Source: Mesotaenium endlicherianum (Eukaryota). Taken from it: 51,787 nt of DNA. The notes under the pieces are model-generated. The model was not told where the DNA came from. It was given only the letters and a program-made list of their open reading frames with translations, and did no database searches. Made by a program: the position numbers and the translations under genes. Shown here one piece after another: positions 24,201-37,616 of the stretch (its first letter is position 1; each line of letters starts with the position of its first letter). The DNA is taken from contig WELA01003365.1 in the NCBI GenBank assembly GCA_009602735.1, forward strand, positions 444,440 to 496,226, in the 5' to 3' direction.

Positions 24201-25978
24201 TTTGTGTGGTTCTGCACTTCAATTCCTCCGTGTCTCCTCATCCATCTCATCCCTCGATTAATCCCCCACCCCGTGTCATCTTGCAACAATTTGAGCTTCG
24301 CAACACTTCACGTCTCGTACTTCGCATTCTTTATCCATCTCATTCTACTTATCTTATTTTTTTTTGTTTTGTCGTTTGCACCTTCATTCTCCTGTTATTT
24401 AACTCGGGAGGGGGGAAGCTCCCGGCGGTGGATGCTGCGCTGTCGCATGCACGTCTTCTTCGTCCCCCGCGCACGCCCTCGTGTGCGCCTGCAGGCTTCG
24501 CCAGCTGCCAGCAGGCGTGGGAGAGCAGATCTCTATTTTGTTGGAGGATTCTGTGACTTTAAGACGGCAGAGTGAGCACCGGGCTTTGCTGTAGTCTCGC
24601 TGTAGTCTCGCGTGGCTTGATGTGTGAGCGCATATCAAACTTGTTTTGTCGCAAGAGTGGGGCTCGTCCTAGGAGGCCTTGAACCTGAAGCCTGCCTGTT
24701 TGCTCACTTCGGCCGGCCGCTAAGCGAGCAGAGTTCTACGCAGTTCCCTCTCTTCTTCTCCTTCTGCATTTCTCTCTTGGATCTGTCTTCACGCGGACTT
24801 TCCTTCGTGTTCCTCTCGGCCCACGGTTAATCTGTCAAGCTCGTCCCCACAAGACTCCCTTTCGGATGAAGCGTGTGAAAGGAGAGGAGGGCCAGCATGG
24901 AGCACCTGTTCTCTTTCGTGGAACTAACGCATTGTCTTGTCAAAGTAGTACGATCATATTTTGTGGTAGTATTGAAAGGGTTTGTGGTGTTTGGTTCATG
25001 TCACGCGCGCTGGATACGCACGCAGCCCTTGAAGGAGAGTCCATGCCGGACTCTGATGTGCAAGAAGAGGCCGAGAGCACAAAGGCATGCCACACGGAGG
25101 AGGAGGAGGAGGAGAATGGAAAGGAGGCCAAGGGGAAGGACGAGGAAAAAGGAGAGGGGAAAGAGAAGGAGGAGGAGGGAAAGGAGGCAGAGGGGGACGA
25201 GAAGGAGAAGGAAGGGGAGAAAGACGAGGAGGAGGATGCGGAGAGAGAGCTCATGGAGGAGGAGGCGGAGGTGGCGTGGGCGCAGAGGGAGTGGACTTTG
25301 CAACACCTCTTCCTTCCGGCCATGAAGTTCTTCCTCAAGCCGCCCAAGCACATGGCCAACGACGGCACGTTCGTTCAGGTGAGCGCTGGCGTTATGATGT
25401 GCGCTCACATACCAGGCACTTTTTGTGCACCTTCTGACTCGCGGGTGGGAGTAGCTGTGCAGGGCTTGCTTGGGATAGTGATCCGTGTCATAGAAGGTCC
25501 GGAGCTGATCCATTGTGTGTGGAACTGAGTGAGCAATTGAGCGAGGAATTTGTATGAGCATTTTGGTACCCGCGTTGGTAAAAATGGGTTGGGGGAAATA
25601 TGTGTTGGTGTTACACATGCATATGAACATAGCTTGTGTCAATGACGATGACCTCGTAAACATTCTGAAGTGATGCTAATTCTACTCGAGTTGTGGTATA
25701 ATGCGGTACTCACTAGAGGAGCCTTTCAGGACGTTCTCAAACACATAAGTAGGGAAGAAGACATATTTAGAATTGTGGTCATGTTGCGAAGTACTTTTGA
25801 CTGCTTTGCAATATTACTTGCTTTTCTCGCATTAAGGGTACCGGAAGGATTTGTCTCGCAATAGTAGCATCATAGTGTGCATAAGCATGCAAAAGAGCTT
25901 ACTCTACCTCCTTGGGGGAGGGTGGTGCAACAGGTGGCCTGCTTGGAGAACTTATACAAGGTTTTTGAGAGATGTTAA
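11997..25978 (+). CDS. MLH1: DNA mismatch repair protein MLH1 (MutL homologue), 16 exons, ~848 aa
   Basis: Exons 11997-12227, 12589-12761, 13453-13525, 14554-14688, 15409-15721, 16253-16401, 16686-16784, 17436-17511, 18868-19009, 19376-19470, 20239-20347, 21267-21432, 23057-23218, 23898-24123, 25026-25378, 25934-25978 (2547 nt, in frame). Motifs [49 protein letters not shown]-terminal LYKVFERC is diagnostic of MLH1. Confidence 0.96.
13907..13985. repeat. (AC)n microsatellite (~39 units) in MLH1 intron 3
   Basis: Uninterrupted AC run, followed by degenerate CACG/CACA repeats to ~14090. Confidence 0.95.
21197..21263 (+). repeat. ~67-nt poly-G tract directly before the MLH1 exon 12 acceptor (G-quadruplex-capable)
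   Basis: G run (one N) ending GGG-CAG|CAAGGAG at 21266. Confidence 0.9.
21775..22543. other. Assembly gap (769 N) inside MLH1 intron 12
   Basis: N run flanked by C runs. The MLH1 protein reads continuously across it (DEIAS|LNVELL), so no coding exon is obviously missing. Confidence 0.95.
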
Positions 25979-27030
25979 AGATGGAAGCTAGACTCTATTT
26001 GTACATACAGTTATAGAAAACGGGCTTGTAGAGACCCTACAAGCAAATCAGATTCCTTTGCGGGCTTGCCTGTCAGCAACTTTTGAGGCCAAGCATGCTT
26101 TCATGCTAAGAGTGTAAAGGTATTGTATAGGGGGCCTAAGGATACCCCTCACGTAAACACTTCTTTATTTCACTATTTGGATGTTAAAATGCTGGCACTA
26201 AGCTTGAAGCAAAGCGTTTATTCTCATCAATTGGTGGGTGAATCATTCTCTGTCGCTTCTTCTTAAGAAAGGAAGTTTAGTTACAAATCTTACGGCCAAA
26301 AAGAAGAAACTGTGACATTGTGAATGAATGTGAAGTATTGCAGTTGAGCTTATGGTGGTCATTGAGTTGGACTCAGTCACTGCTTCATTTGAGAATCTAG
26401 AATGTCTACATTTGCCATCATAGTATATGTAAAAGTGCACGATGATACAGTAAATGGCCACCTTGACTCGCATAGTTTGATTGTAAGAACAACACATTTT
26501 CATCGTAAGGTCAAAACATTTGTTGTCATGGCGTATGTGAAATTATTTACATGGTAAGTGGCGCACTGAATTCCAACCTTTAAGTGGCTCTTACTTTCCT
26601 AGTCTTTACTGAGTAGACTACAAGTGAACAAATTGAAAGAAGAACTATACGTATACTGAAAGGCATCTTCATTTTATGTGCTATGTTTAATTTGACGACA
26701 CGAAGTACAGGTAAAGAGCGACGGCGGAATAGTCAACGTCACTAACGTCGCCTCGAAAAATGCTGATGTGCCAACAAAACCCTGATTAAACGACGCTATG
26801 CTCAACCTGCCGAAGTAGGTGGAGCCATGTGAAAACCGTTCCCTCGACTGGCATCTATCGATCACGATATATATCGTTGATGTGCGTATAAGAAGCGAGG
26901 GAAGACTGTCAAGGTTGAACACCAAAATATATGGACGTTAAGGTTGTCCAGGGTTGTTACTTTGAATAGTCGCCTGCCATTAGTAAATTTAATGTTACAC
27001 TAACTCACGACGTAGCTGGTCAGGGTAATC

Positions 27031-30000
27031 ATGGCGACAGAGAAGAGCTCGACTCTTCTGGTCCACTTTGACAAGGGAACTCCAGCTCTTGCCAATGAGA
27101 TTAAGGAAGCATTAGAGGGAGGTGACAATGAGAGAAAAGTGGAAGCTATGAAGAAGGCTGTCATGCTTCTTTTGAACAATGAGACGTTGCCTCAGCTTTT
27201 TATTACTATAGTGCGATATGTCTTGCCTTCAGAGGACCACACTGTCCAGAAGTTGCTGCTTCTCTATCTGGAGATCATAGACAAGACAGATGCCAATGGG
27301 AAGATTTTGCCAGAGATGATTTTGATATGTCAGAATCTTCGTAACAACTTGCAGCACCCTAATGAGTACCTCAGAGGAGTCACTTTGAGATTTCTAAGTC
27401 GATTGCAGGAAACTGAGCTCATGGAGCCACTCATTCCCTCCATTCTTCTCAATCTTGAGCACAGGCATTCGTTTGTTCGAAGGAATGCAGTTTTGGCAGT
27501 GATGTCCATTTACAAACTCCCTCAAGGAGAGCACCTGCTTCAAGATGCCCCTGAGATGATCGAGAAGTTCTTGAGCTCTGAGCAAGATTTGTCAGCCAAG
27601 CGCAACGCGTTTCTTATGTTATATCAGTGCGCTCAGGTATTTATAGTATACGGATACTTGCGGCAGCTCTTGGCCAATGGCAGTACGAGCTGGATGACAT
27701 TGTTTGCAACCATAGTTTGGGATCATTAGCTGTGGGCTTTTTATGTATGGACTCGAAGGCCTAGCTTGTTAGACCCATCATACTGCTTCACTTCAGAATT
27801 GTAGTGTTAAAAACTACATCTATCTATGGGTCTTGCAGGAGCGAGCTGAGCACTACCTCCTCAACAATCTGGAGAATGTACCTCTTTGGGGTGACATCAT
27901 GCAGATGGTAGTTCTCGAGTTGATCAGAAAAGCATGCCGTACAAACCCTGACCAGAAGGGCAAGTATATCAAGATCATCATCTCACTTATGCAGTCAGAG
28001 CACACAGCTGTTGTGTACGAATGTGCTGGCACACTTACTGCACTTTCATCAGCTCCGACAGCCATCCGCGCAGCAGCTAATTGCTACTGTCAGCTGCTTT
28101 TGTCTCAAAGTGACAACAATGTGAAGCTGATTGTGCTTGATCGTCTGCAAGAACTGAAGGTATGGTACATATGTGCTTTTTGTGTCAAGAACTTAAACAC
28201 CTTCATTTTCATGCCCAGCCCTATTGCCAGTGATGATTTGACATGCTGGCAGATACAGTTGTGGTTTCTTTTACCCTCTATGTGAGCAGTGGCATGAAGG
28301 CGCATATGAATCCTAGTCTATGTCAATGAGAGCTTGTTAAGACCATTCTAATTTCCTCCTATGAGAGTTTTAGTGACAAATATTTATGAGGTTGACGTGA
28401 CACAACTCTACGTTTTACAGGTCAATCATCGTGACGTGATGGTTGAGATGATTATGGATGTCCTAAGAGCCCTGGCAAGCCCCAACATGGACATTCGCAG
28501 GAAAACCCTTGACATAGCCTTAGACCTCATTACTCCTCGCAACATTGATGAGGTTGTCCTTACACTGAAGAAAGAGGTTGTTAAGACACAAAATAAAGAG
28601 CTTGAAAAGAATGGGGAGTATCGCCAGATGCTTGTACAGGCTATCCATTCTTGTGCCATCAAGTTTCCAGATGTGGCCAGCAGTGTGGTCCACCTCCTTA
28701 TGGACTTCCTCGGGGATCAGGTGAATGTCTTGTCTTATCCTATTTCGCTTACCCATTTACCTCATGTTCTTCACCAAAGCCCAGAACATGATTTTGAGTT
28801 ATGACCTGATTGGACCAACAAACCCCTTACAGCCACATATTGTTGATACTTCTAAACATTTTGAAGTCTTGGTATATAACTCGCTTTTTGTAAAGCAAGA
28901 CTGTAGCTTTACAGCGCTTAAAAGAGAATGCTGGAGTAATGATCCAATACCGTGAGAGAAAGTATGGCGACTACCATTCTGCTAGGCTTTTTTAGTTTCA
29001 TGAGGGAAGAGAATTGACCTTGAAGCGTCAAGCAAGGGTACGAAGTTGATAAGATGTGTACTGTGGGATTGCTTGGTACGACATAAGCTGGTCATTGGCA
29101 CATATAGGGGCATATAGGGAAGCCCAGCATCAGTATGGTGTGATTTTGTGCACAATATGTGCAGTTTGGTACATCAAGCAGCCCTTAACACCCTCCTTGT
29201 ACAACTAGCATATCTGATATCTCAATGTTCTTGTCTGGCTATGAGCTTTTTGCTAAAGTGAAATATGCTTGAGATAAGCATACCTTTGGTAAATCATTGG
29301 AAAGTAGGACGTGCACAATGATTGTCTTTAGAGGCTGCCTGAAACGGACAAAGAAGGTGAGCGCGCTCATTAAAGTTTGAAGACATGTATCATGTGTGTG
29401 CAGAATGTGGCATCAGCTCTGGATGTTGTCTTTTTTGTCCGTGAGATCATCGAGACAAACCCCAAGCTTCGCGAGTCCATCATGGCGAGGCTGCTTGATA
29501 CCTTCTATCAGATTCGCTCTTCTCGAGTGTGCACCTGTGCCCTATGGATCGTGGGCGAGTACTGTCTGACCTTAGCGGAAGTAGAGCAGGCCATAGGCAC
29601 AATCAAGCAGTCTTTTGGAGATCTTCCCTTCTACATGTCAGCTGAGGAACTGCAAGATGGGACTCCTGAGGTGAAGCAAACCCCAGGAATGGCTGTTGTG
29701 CCTGCACCTGTTGTATCTTCCAAGAGGCCGGCTGTCCTTGCTGATGGTACATACGCGACACAAAGTGCAGCTGCGGAGATGGCTGTGACTGCTCCGGCAA
29801 TATTGGCCAGCTCAGCAAGCACAGCAAACCTGAGGGCACTCCTGCTAACAGGCGACTTCTTCCTTGGTTCTGTGGCTGCCACCACTCTGACCAAGTTGGT
29901 CCTGAGGCTAGACAGCCTTCAGGCTGACACAGCACAGACGAATCATGTAAGAGCACTATTATGATGACTGTGTGGCCGTGTTTCTCCCTCTCGCTCCTTT

Positions 30001-33000
30001 CCGCCAGTTGCCTGTGTAGAGCCTGGTGCTTATATGAAGCCCTTCAGTGCATGTTTTGAGGTGCATTTGTGGAGAGAGCAGTTTGAGAGCTGCGTTGATT
30101 GTAGGACCTCTGTGCCCCTTCTCCCCCATTGTTTGCAGATACCAACAGATCTCAACACGGGGCAGGCATCAGAATAACTTTGTGCTCCCTTCATGTGTTG
30201 AATCTACGTCTTTTAACTGTGATGTACGTCTCAGGCCAGGGTCATGGCTGAAAGCAAGTAGATAAAGTTTCGCAACCATGAGTTCCAGTCTTTGCCCTTG
30301 CAATTTATTCATATGACTAGGTGATCAAGGGGTTGCTTGCGTTGGTCATGGCTTCAAGACATACGACTTATTGCGTCCTTTTTTGTCTCTCTGTGTGTGT
30401 GTGCCCGTACCTGCGCGTGCGTGAGCAGACAATAGCCGAGGTGCTGCTGTACTTTGTCTCTATGCTGCGTTTGGGACAATCGACGGCCCTCCCCCACCCT
30501 ATCGACGACGACTCGTCAGATCGCATTGGGTTGTGCATAAGGATGCTGTCCTCGCCCACAGATGCCGTCCGCTCAGTCTGGCTGGACAAGTGCCGGGAGT
30601 CCTTCCGGAAGATGATCGATGACAAGCTCCACAGAGAGGTTGAGGAGCACAAGGCAAAGGCCCAGATCTCTGTGTCTCAGCCGGATGACCTCATCGACTT
30701 CTACCACCTGAAGAGCAGAAAGGTGGGCACTGCCTTTGTCACCCAGTTGCCCTATTTTCTCTTCTGTCCCTGCTTCTGCTCCCCTTCTGCTCAGGCTCTT
30801 CATCTTAAGTGAGACGTTTCCAGATGCACGCCGTTGTCATGTACCTCAGGTTGCGGGGGTCCCGATCCTTGTCTTCTTGTTGTTGGACCTGATGCGGAAC
30901 TTAGAGCTGGTCAAGGAACCTGTTCGCACTTATTTGCTATAGCTGAGTAGAAGGGTGCAGTTCTGGCAAGGGGTATCCTCTGTTGAAGCTGCCGTCTTTT
31001 GCCCTTGCTCGCTCTTTTGCTGCCAACTGCCTTCAAGTGCCAAAAGCTACAGCAGTCTCCTTTCCACGTGCCTCCCCTCCCCTCGCCCATGGCCCTCATG
31101 TCATCTCTGCCGCCTTACCGTGTCGGGACCCTACACTCACGAACGCGCATGCCCATGCGCGTGCGCCTGCACGTGCGCAGGGCATGAGCCAGCTGGAGCT
31201 GGAGGACGAGGTGCAGAACGATCTGAAGCGTGCGACGGGCGAGTTCACCAAGGACGGGGACAGCAACCGCAGGCTCAACCGCGTGCTGCAGCTCACGGGG
31301 TTCAGCGACTCCGTGTATGCCGAGGCGTACGTCACCGTGCACCAGTATGACATCGTGCTCGACGTCACCATCGTCAACAGGACCTCGGAGACGCTGCAGA
31401 ACCTGTGCCTGGAGCTCGCCACCATGGGCGACCTCAAGCTGGTGGAGAGGCCCCAGAACTACACCCTGGCCCCTGAGGACAGCAAGCAGATCCGCGCCAA
31501 CATCAAGGTAGGGGGTCGCATGAGGCGGTAAGAAGTGGGGTGGAGTTGGGGGGGGGGGGAGGGGGGAAGAGGAAGCCCCAGGAGTATAAAAACGATGAAG
31601 ACATATATGCTTCCGATAGAGAGAGGTATCATAGAAGTGGATGGCTAACAGCAATTTGTGGAACGGTGTGGCGGGAAACTACTCCCACCCCTTACTCCCA
31701 GATGGCCACAGCCACTGCAGGCTAAAAGCTGCCAAGACCTCAGCAATTCCAGTCGGGCACAAGCAACCCAGGGAAACAAGAGTCAACCAGGGCAGGCCGA
31801 GAATGTGCACGAGGCTAAAAGAGCGCTAACTTGATCATGTTTAAGGGGGGAAACGGCACAACTTGCTATGACTTCACAGGAGTTCATATGATGCCTGAGG
31901 GGCCAGGGTAACCTCTCTACATGAAGACAGAAGTCCGGAGAGCACAGAATGCGATATGCGCACTGTCTAGTGTGGGTGCACGAGGTGCATGTTATAAGGC
32001 CCCCCCTAGCAGAAAATGAGAAACTGGGGAGGTGGAGGCGGAGGGTGAGGAGGGAGGGCATGGAAAGGGAAGGGGGAAAAGGAGAGAAGAGGGCGAAGGG
32101 NGCTGTGCACATCCAAGCCTTGGTCAAAATCCTACTCAGGGGGCTAAGTTAAGGTGTGTTAGAGATCTGGGTTTGGCAGGCAAATTGTGGGGTGAGATCA
32201 GGCACAAACACTCTCAGGCCAATTTATTAGATGCTGCAACTTCTATCGACTTCTGACTTCAGCTTGTGAAGTTGGGAGGTAGACAGAAAGGTTGAGATGG
32301 CAAGGAAGTATTTGAATCTGCAAGCTGGGGCAGTGTTGGAGTCTTGCTCGTGGTCATGCATAGCTGGTGTCAGTACTGGAAGGAAGAGATGGTGCGTAGC
32401 ATCATCCTGTGTATATGGTTTGGGAAACAGGGGTTATGTTGTACCCTGTGTTGCTGTATAAGATTGTCGAGGACCCTGCAGCATGGTGAAACGGTCTCTT
32501 GCATCATGTTGATCCCAGACTTTGTATTCAGATTCTCCGCTGAAGCCATTAAACAGCACTTGTTGGCACAGGGAAACACATGCACGCTTGGGTCATGTCA
32601 AGCAAGAGTGGACTGCTGAGATCCTATCCCAGAGTGAATCCTCTCTCGGAGCTTGGTCATTGGGAGTTTAAACTGAGCTTGTTTAGAAAGCTCAGTTGCT
32701 CACGTGGCGTCACGAGTGGGATGGTGGTCAATGTGCCAGGTGTCCTCTACTGAGACCGGCGTGATTTTTGGCAACATCGTGTACGAGACGACAAGCGTGG
32801 TGGACCGCAACGTGGTGGTGCTCAACGACATCCACATTGACATCATGGACTACATCTCCCCCGCCAGCTGTGCTGATGTCGCATTCCGGAACATGTGGGC
32901 AGAGTTTGAGTGGGAGAACAAGGTGGGCAGTCCTTCCGAGCTTCCTTCCCCCTCAGACATTAAAGCTCGTCAGCTCCACAACAGTGCTCCTTCTTTTAGC

Positions 33001-33932
33001 TGCCTCTAATGGGTTGAATCTGAAGCTTGGTGGTTTTAGTTTTGAACAGCTTGATGCTTGATGCTGTCTAAGTGCAAGCAACTACAGGAAGGGATGCTCT
33101 TTGTCGAGGATAGTGAGGGCATAATTTATACATGGTGGCCGATTGCAGGGCAACCTATTCAGTTCTTTTCCTCCGGAAGCATGGGTAACGCGACACGTGG
33201 TTACACGTCTGGAGCAAATGCCAACAACTGTAGTCATTTAAAGGATAGGAAAACTGTTGTCATTTGTGCTGCTGGTGACCTGCAGTTGTTTTCGGTTCTT
33301 CCCTTTTGAAAAGCGTTGGAATAGTCACGTGATTACATATTTTCTTGTTACTTTTTTGTGGTTGCAGGTTGCGGTGAATACATCCATCACAGACGTCCAG
33401 GAGTTCCTACAGCATGTTGTGACGTCCACCAACATGAAGTGTCTCACTCCTCCGTACGTTTCGTGTTCCTCTCTGGTTTTCTTCCTGTCATGCATATAGA
33501 TTTCGTCGTTTGGTCTGGCTCATTAAAGCAAAGTGAATCGGGATATGGGGAGCTTGTGAAGGTAGTGCACGTGATTTTACACCACAGGACATCAGCAGGA
33601 CAGGCTAGGCTAAACATCAAATCTGCATCCAGCAGGGTAGCACGTGACTTTGTGTATTATTACATTCTCCTACCAGGTCCTAGTTGGCGTGGCGTACTGA
33701 AAGCTGTGTTGCTGTGTGTAATTCAAAGGACAGGTCTGCTCTTGATGGCGACTGCGGCTTCCTGGCTGCAAACTTGTACGCCAAGAGTGTATTTGGCGAG
33801 GATGCTCTGGTGAATGTCAGCATCGAGAAACAACCAGATGGAAAGCTGGCTGGCTACATCCGCATTCGTAGCAAGACTCAAGGCATTGCACTTAGTCTTG
33901 GTGACAAGATCACGCTGAAGCAGAAAGGCTAA
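27031..33932 (+). CDS. COPB1: Coatomer subunit beta (beta-COP), 9 exons, ~952 aa
   Basis: Exons 27031-27636, 27839-28159, 28421-28720, 29404-29946, 30429-30722, 31181-31507, 32740-32922, 33368-33453, 33734-33932 (2859 nt). [72 protein letters not shown]. Confidence 0.97.
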
Positions 33933-35063
33933 ATGTAGGACTGTATACTTTGTGGGCATATAAGGACTAATATATCCATAAGGGAGTGTCCCTCTGCGTG
34001 GCAAATATTATTTAGTATGTTAGAACAGACGACTTGTTTCGCCAATTTTGTCAGAATCATTGGCTTGTTGACCGACCCTCGCAACTAGCATGTCCCTCAT
34101 CTCTCAAGTTTAAGGTGATTTGTCAGTTTGACTGGCTTGTGTTTGGATGCCTCTTATTGACCATTGAATAAAAAATACGTCTTGGTGATGAGAATAGCTG
34201 TCTTGCTCACATGATGTTTGACACAAGTAATTATTCTTATCAGTGCGTGTGCTTGCCCCACACATTCACTTTATATGGGGTGATGAAAGCAGACTGTCCG
34301 TAATTCAGTTGCAGGTTCATATGCGTCTAACTGATGCTCTGAACACTATGCCACATTGAGTGGCTTATTTCCCAAGATGCCTCGTATTGCCACAGGTTTT
34401 TTGTGTGCACCTGCAGAGTACACGAATATATGTGAAATTCCTCAGCGCTCAACTAAGATGTAGCACGGAAAGATGCGAAAGGGCAGACTCCAGAGCACGA
34501 GTAAAAAAAACGCAGAAATAGTGGCAACGTCTTGTTCTAGGTGGTTCAAAAACGGCGTCAACAGCCGTCATTCTTCACGATGACTAGGCGTTAATGTCCA
34601 ATTTGGATTAGCTCATCATAACGCCACTTTGTCGCGGTGTGCATTCGAGCGGTCTGGGGTGCAGTCTGAACTGGTCTGAACTCCGAAGTCTGGACTTTGG
34701 GAAGTCGGGACTCGGGACGCACCTACCGCAAGTGTTCCGCCTCTTTCGCTGTACCATGTGCAGCCTTGGTATCACGTTGTCCTTTGTCGTCCGTTTTCGT
34801 CCCCTCTTCTGCTGTTCAAGCCGTGTCCGACCTGGTCCCCCGAAACTGCCCTCAAGATATGCGTCGTACGGCTCGGAAACTTCCCTCCGGAGTTCGGAGC
34901 ACCTCGATTGACCTCGATCTTTCAAGGGTGTCCTACTCACCATGCTCCTCCTCAGCTGTGTCCAAACTTTGAGCTCGATAAGTTGGAACTTAAGCTTGAG
35001 CCCGGAAGTCATCATCTATAGAAAAGGAAATTTCAGCTAGCTAGTTTAGCCCAGGAAGCAAGT

Positions 35064-36034
35064 ATGGCTGATCATGGCAATGTAATCACGATCACGTCCA
35101 AGGAAGAATGGGACAAGCAGTTGTCGGAAGCAGCAAATTCCTCTAAGGCGGTGAGCTCTAGTGCCACTAACGAGTCTCTAAGGAGGACCTTTCTTCGTGA
35201 TGAGCTCCGGACGTTTTTTTTTAACACTTCTATGAAGCAGAAAGTGGTCCAATTTCGTTTAAGCTTTTGATATTGGATTACAGAATATTTTGCTTCTTTT
35301 GTTTGTATGTCTTGTATAGCTGCCCAGTACCATCGTGTTTCCTTTCTATAAATAAGGAAGGAGTTGAACCTTCTCGTTGTTAAATGTGTTGCAGATTATT
35401 GTGGACTTCTCAGCAGTTTGGTGCGGTCCTTGCAAAATCATTGCGCCCGTTTTCGTTGATCTTTCTAAGAAGCACAATAACTTGGTATTTCTTAAAGTCG
35501 ACGTTGATGAAGTTCAGGTAACTTCCCTACCGTGGCTTATGTATGCTTACGGACGGGTACAGGATCTTTGATGCCTAAAATTCTCAAATTGAGGGAATCA
35601 CACTCTTTGTAGAGGCCGGATGCTAGAAATGTTTTTTCACAAACAGGACTGGTGGTTGATCATGACTTCTGATTTACTAGCAATTTGGTTACTAAGAACC
35701 TCATAGCGTCATAATTAGTAGCATAGTCGGGGCACGGATACAACAATCATAGCAGTCACATGACTGTGTTGCCTTTGTCGAGAAGATGGTTCTGGCATAG
35801 TCTTTTGATTGTGGGAAGTGAAGATCGGGTGTTAATTTGGGATTGGGTTGTTTCAGAGACCCGTGCTGACCATCAAGTAAGATTGTTTGCCTTGTACTCC
35901 TGCAGGAGGTAGCCGAAATTTGCAAGATTAGTGCAATGCCTACATTTCAGGTTTTTAAGGATGGTGTGAAGGTTGACGAGTTGGTGGGGGCAAGCAGGGA
36001 AAAGCTAGAGGCTATTGTTGCCAAGTATGCCTGA
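35064..36034 (+). CDS. Thioredoxin h-type, 3 exons, 112 aa
   Basis: Exons 35064-35150, 35395-35517, 35906-36034. [13 protein letters not shown] active site, [20 protein letters not shown]. No transit peptide; exon layout typical of Trx h. Confidence 0.94.
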
Positions 36035-37021
36035 GGTTGTTGCTTTATTTGAAGGAATACAAGGCATGTATATGTACATTAATCCTGGACGACCACAATA
36101 GGTTGCCTGGTCATTAATTCTTTAGTCGTTGTCAGGCTTCCATAGTTGCAAATATTGGTTGCCAGGAGTTTGCAGGCATTCAGGTTATGGCCCCTATATA
36201 CTATTTGGGTTTACTGGGAAGGACCTTGCTGTAAGGGGACAACTAGGCCCTGTACATCATCAGGGCCTATTTTGGACTGGAAACCAAGTACAAGGTTGCG
36301 TGGCCTTCTTGATTTGGAAAAATGATCACTGTGAGCAATAAATATGAGATCCACAGTCAGAATGATGTAGAATATTATATGGAACCAAGGAAAATACCTG
36401 AGTTGTTTATTCCTTTCTGGGATATAAATCTTAGCTTCCAGCACATCGTGGGTTTGTGGCACACACATGTTATCTGTGTCATGGCCTTGTAGTCTATCAG
36501 TACATGATAGGATTTACTTTGTCAGCAAAATGCTGTTGGCTGGTGATGTCCTCCTGGGACTTCTGCGGTTGTTACGACCGACTCTGAAGTCCGGGTGGCC
36601 AGCGGCAAATGCCTCTTCTTACTCCCGCGCAAGTCCACATCATTTATTTTGAGTATGTCACTGTATTCCAGGACTGTCATGTCCCTAGTACAGCCTGTTG
36701 GCATAGCACTGCTCGTAGCTACTTCGCCCCCTGCTTTTGAGATTGACAGACATGTCTGTACTCAAGGGCAAGGGTGCCAAAAGGGTTTTTCTGCTGTGTT
36801 ATATAGGCTATGTAGTTCACGGCTTTTGAGTCACTTTTGAGGACCAGGTGGTTCTGAGATCTGTTGGACACATCTGGTTGCAGCTGTGCATAAGCAAGCA
36901 TTAAGGCCACTTCCATGACTGAGGAATAAGACTGCTATACCCTCCAAATGCTACCACGTTTGTAGGGTGACGCAATTTGTCTCCATCTTGAGTGCGATTC
37001 GATCTGGTCAATCAGGTGTTA

Positions 37022-37067
37022 AGAGCCATTTGAATCTTGCTGTATTGAGAGCCATTTGAATCTTGCT
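37022..37067. repeat. 20-bp direct repeat
   Basis: AGAGCCATTTGAATCTTGCT at 37022-37041 and 37048-37067. Confidence 0.85.
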
Positions 37068-37616
37068 ATTATGAGTTGCTACAAGATACAACTGACAGGA
37101 CATCCAACACACACACACACATATACATATATATATACATATGAATGAATATAAACCGCGTGTTTATTTCGACCCTTGAGTACTTCCTGCCTCTCTCAGG
37201 GTGCAAGGCAGGCTTGGGACAGGTTGTATGCGGGGCACATGATGAAGCAGGCATATCCCAATATTCTAAAGGCAATCAGCTAAAAGTTAAAGACCAGGTA
37301 ATAAAATGTCAAAGCTGTACTTATCATCATAAACTTCACCTACAGGCTTTTGCATCTATTGCTCTTTATAAGGCTGTAAGGCATGATGGACAGTGCCAGA
37401 GTCAGCCTTATTGCAAGCCTTCCAAATGTGAAAAGCAGATGACACCGGGATTGCAACCCTTTAAGCAGCAGCTATCAGAGAGATCAGCTGCATACCACAT
37501 CTTGACGCAGAGCTTCTAAGGGTGCAACCCCCCCTCACACAATGTTCACGGTAGGTCACGCTAAGTGGAGCGCACATTATAGAGGACAGACAAAATCCTG
37601 TCGGCTTCCAGGTTTC

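Noticed and set aside
34704..34715. GTCGGGACTCGG shared with 47378-47389, both upstream of genes
   Set aside because: Many 12-mer matches are expected by chance in 52 kb.
34608..35015. 135-aa minus-strand ORF upstream of Trx h
   Set aside because: No recognisable domain or splice support; lies in a CpG-rich promoter-like region.
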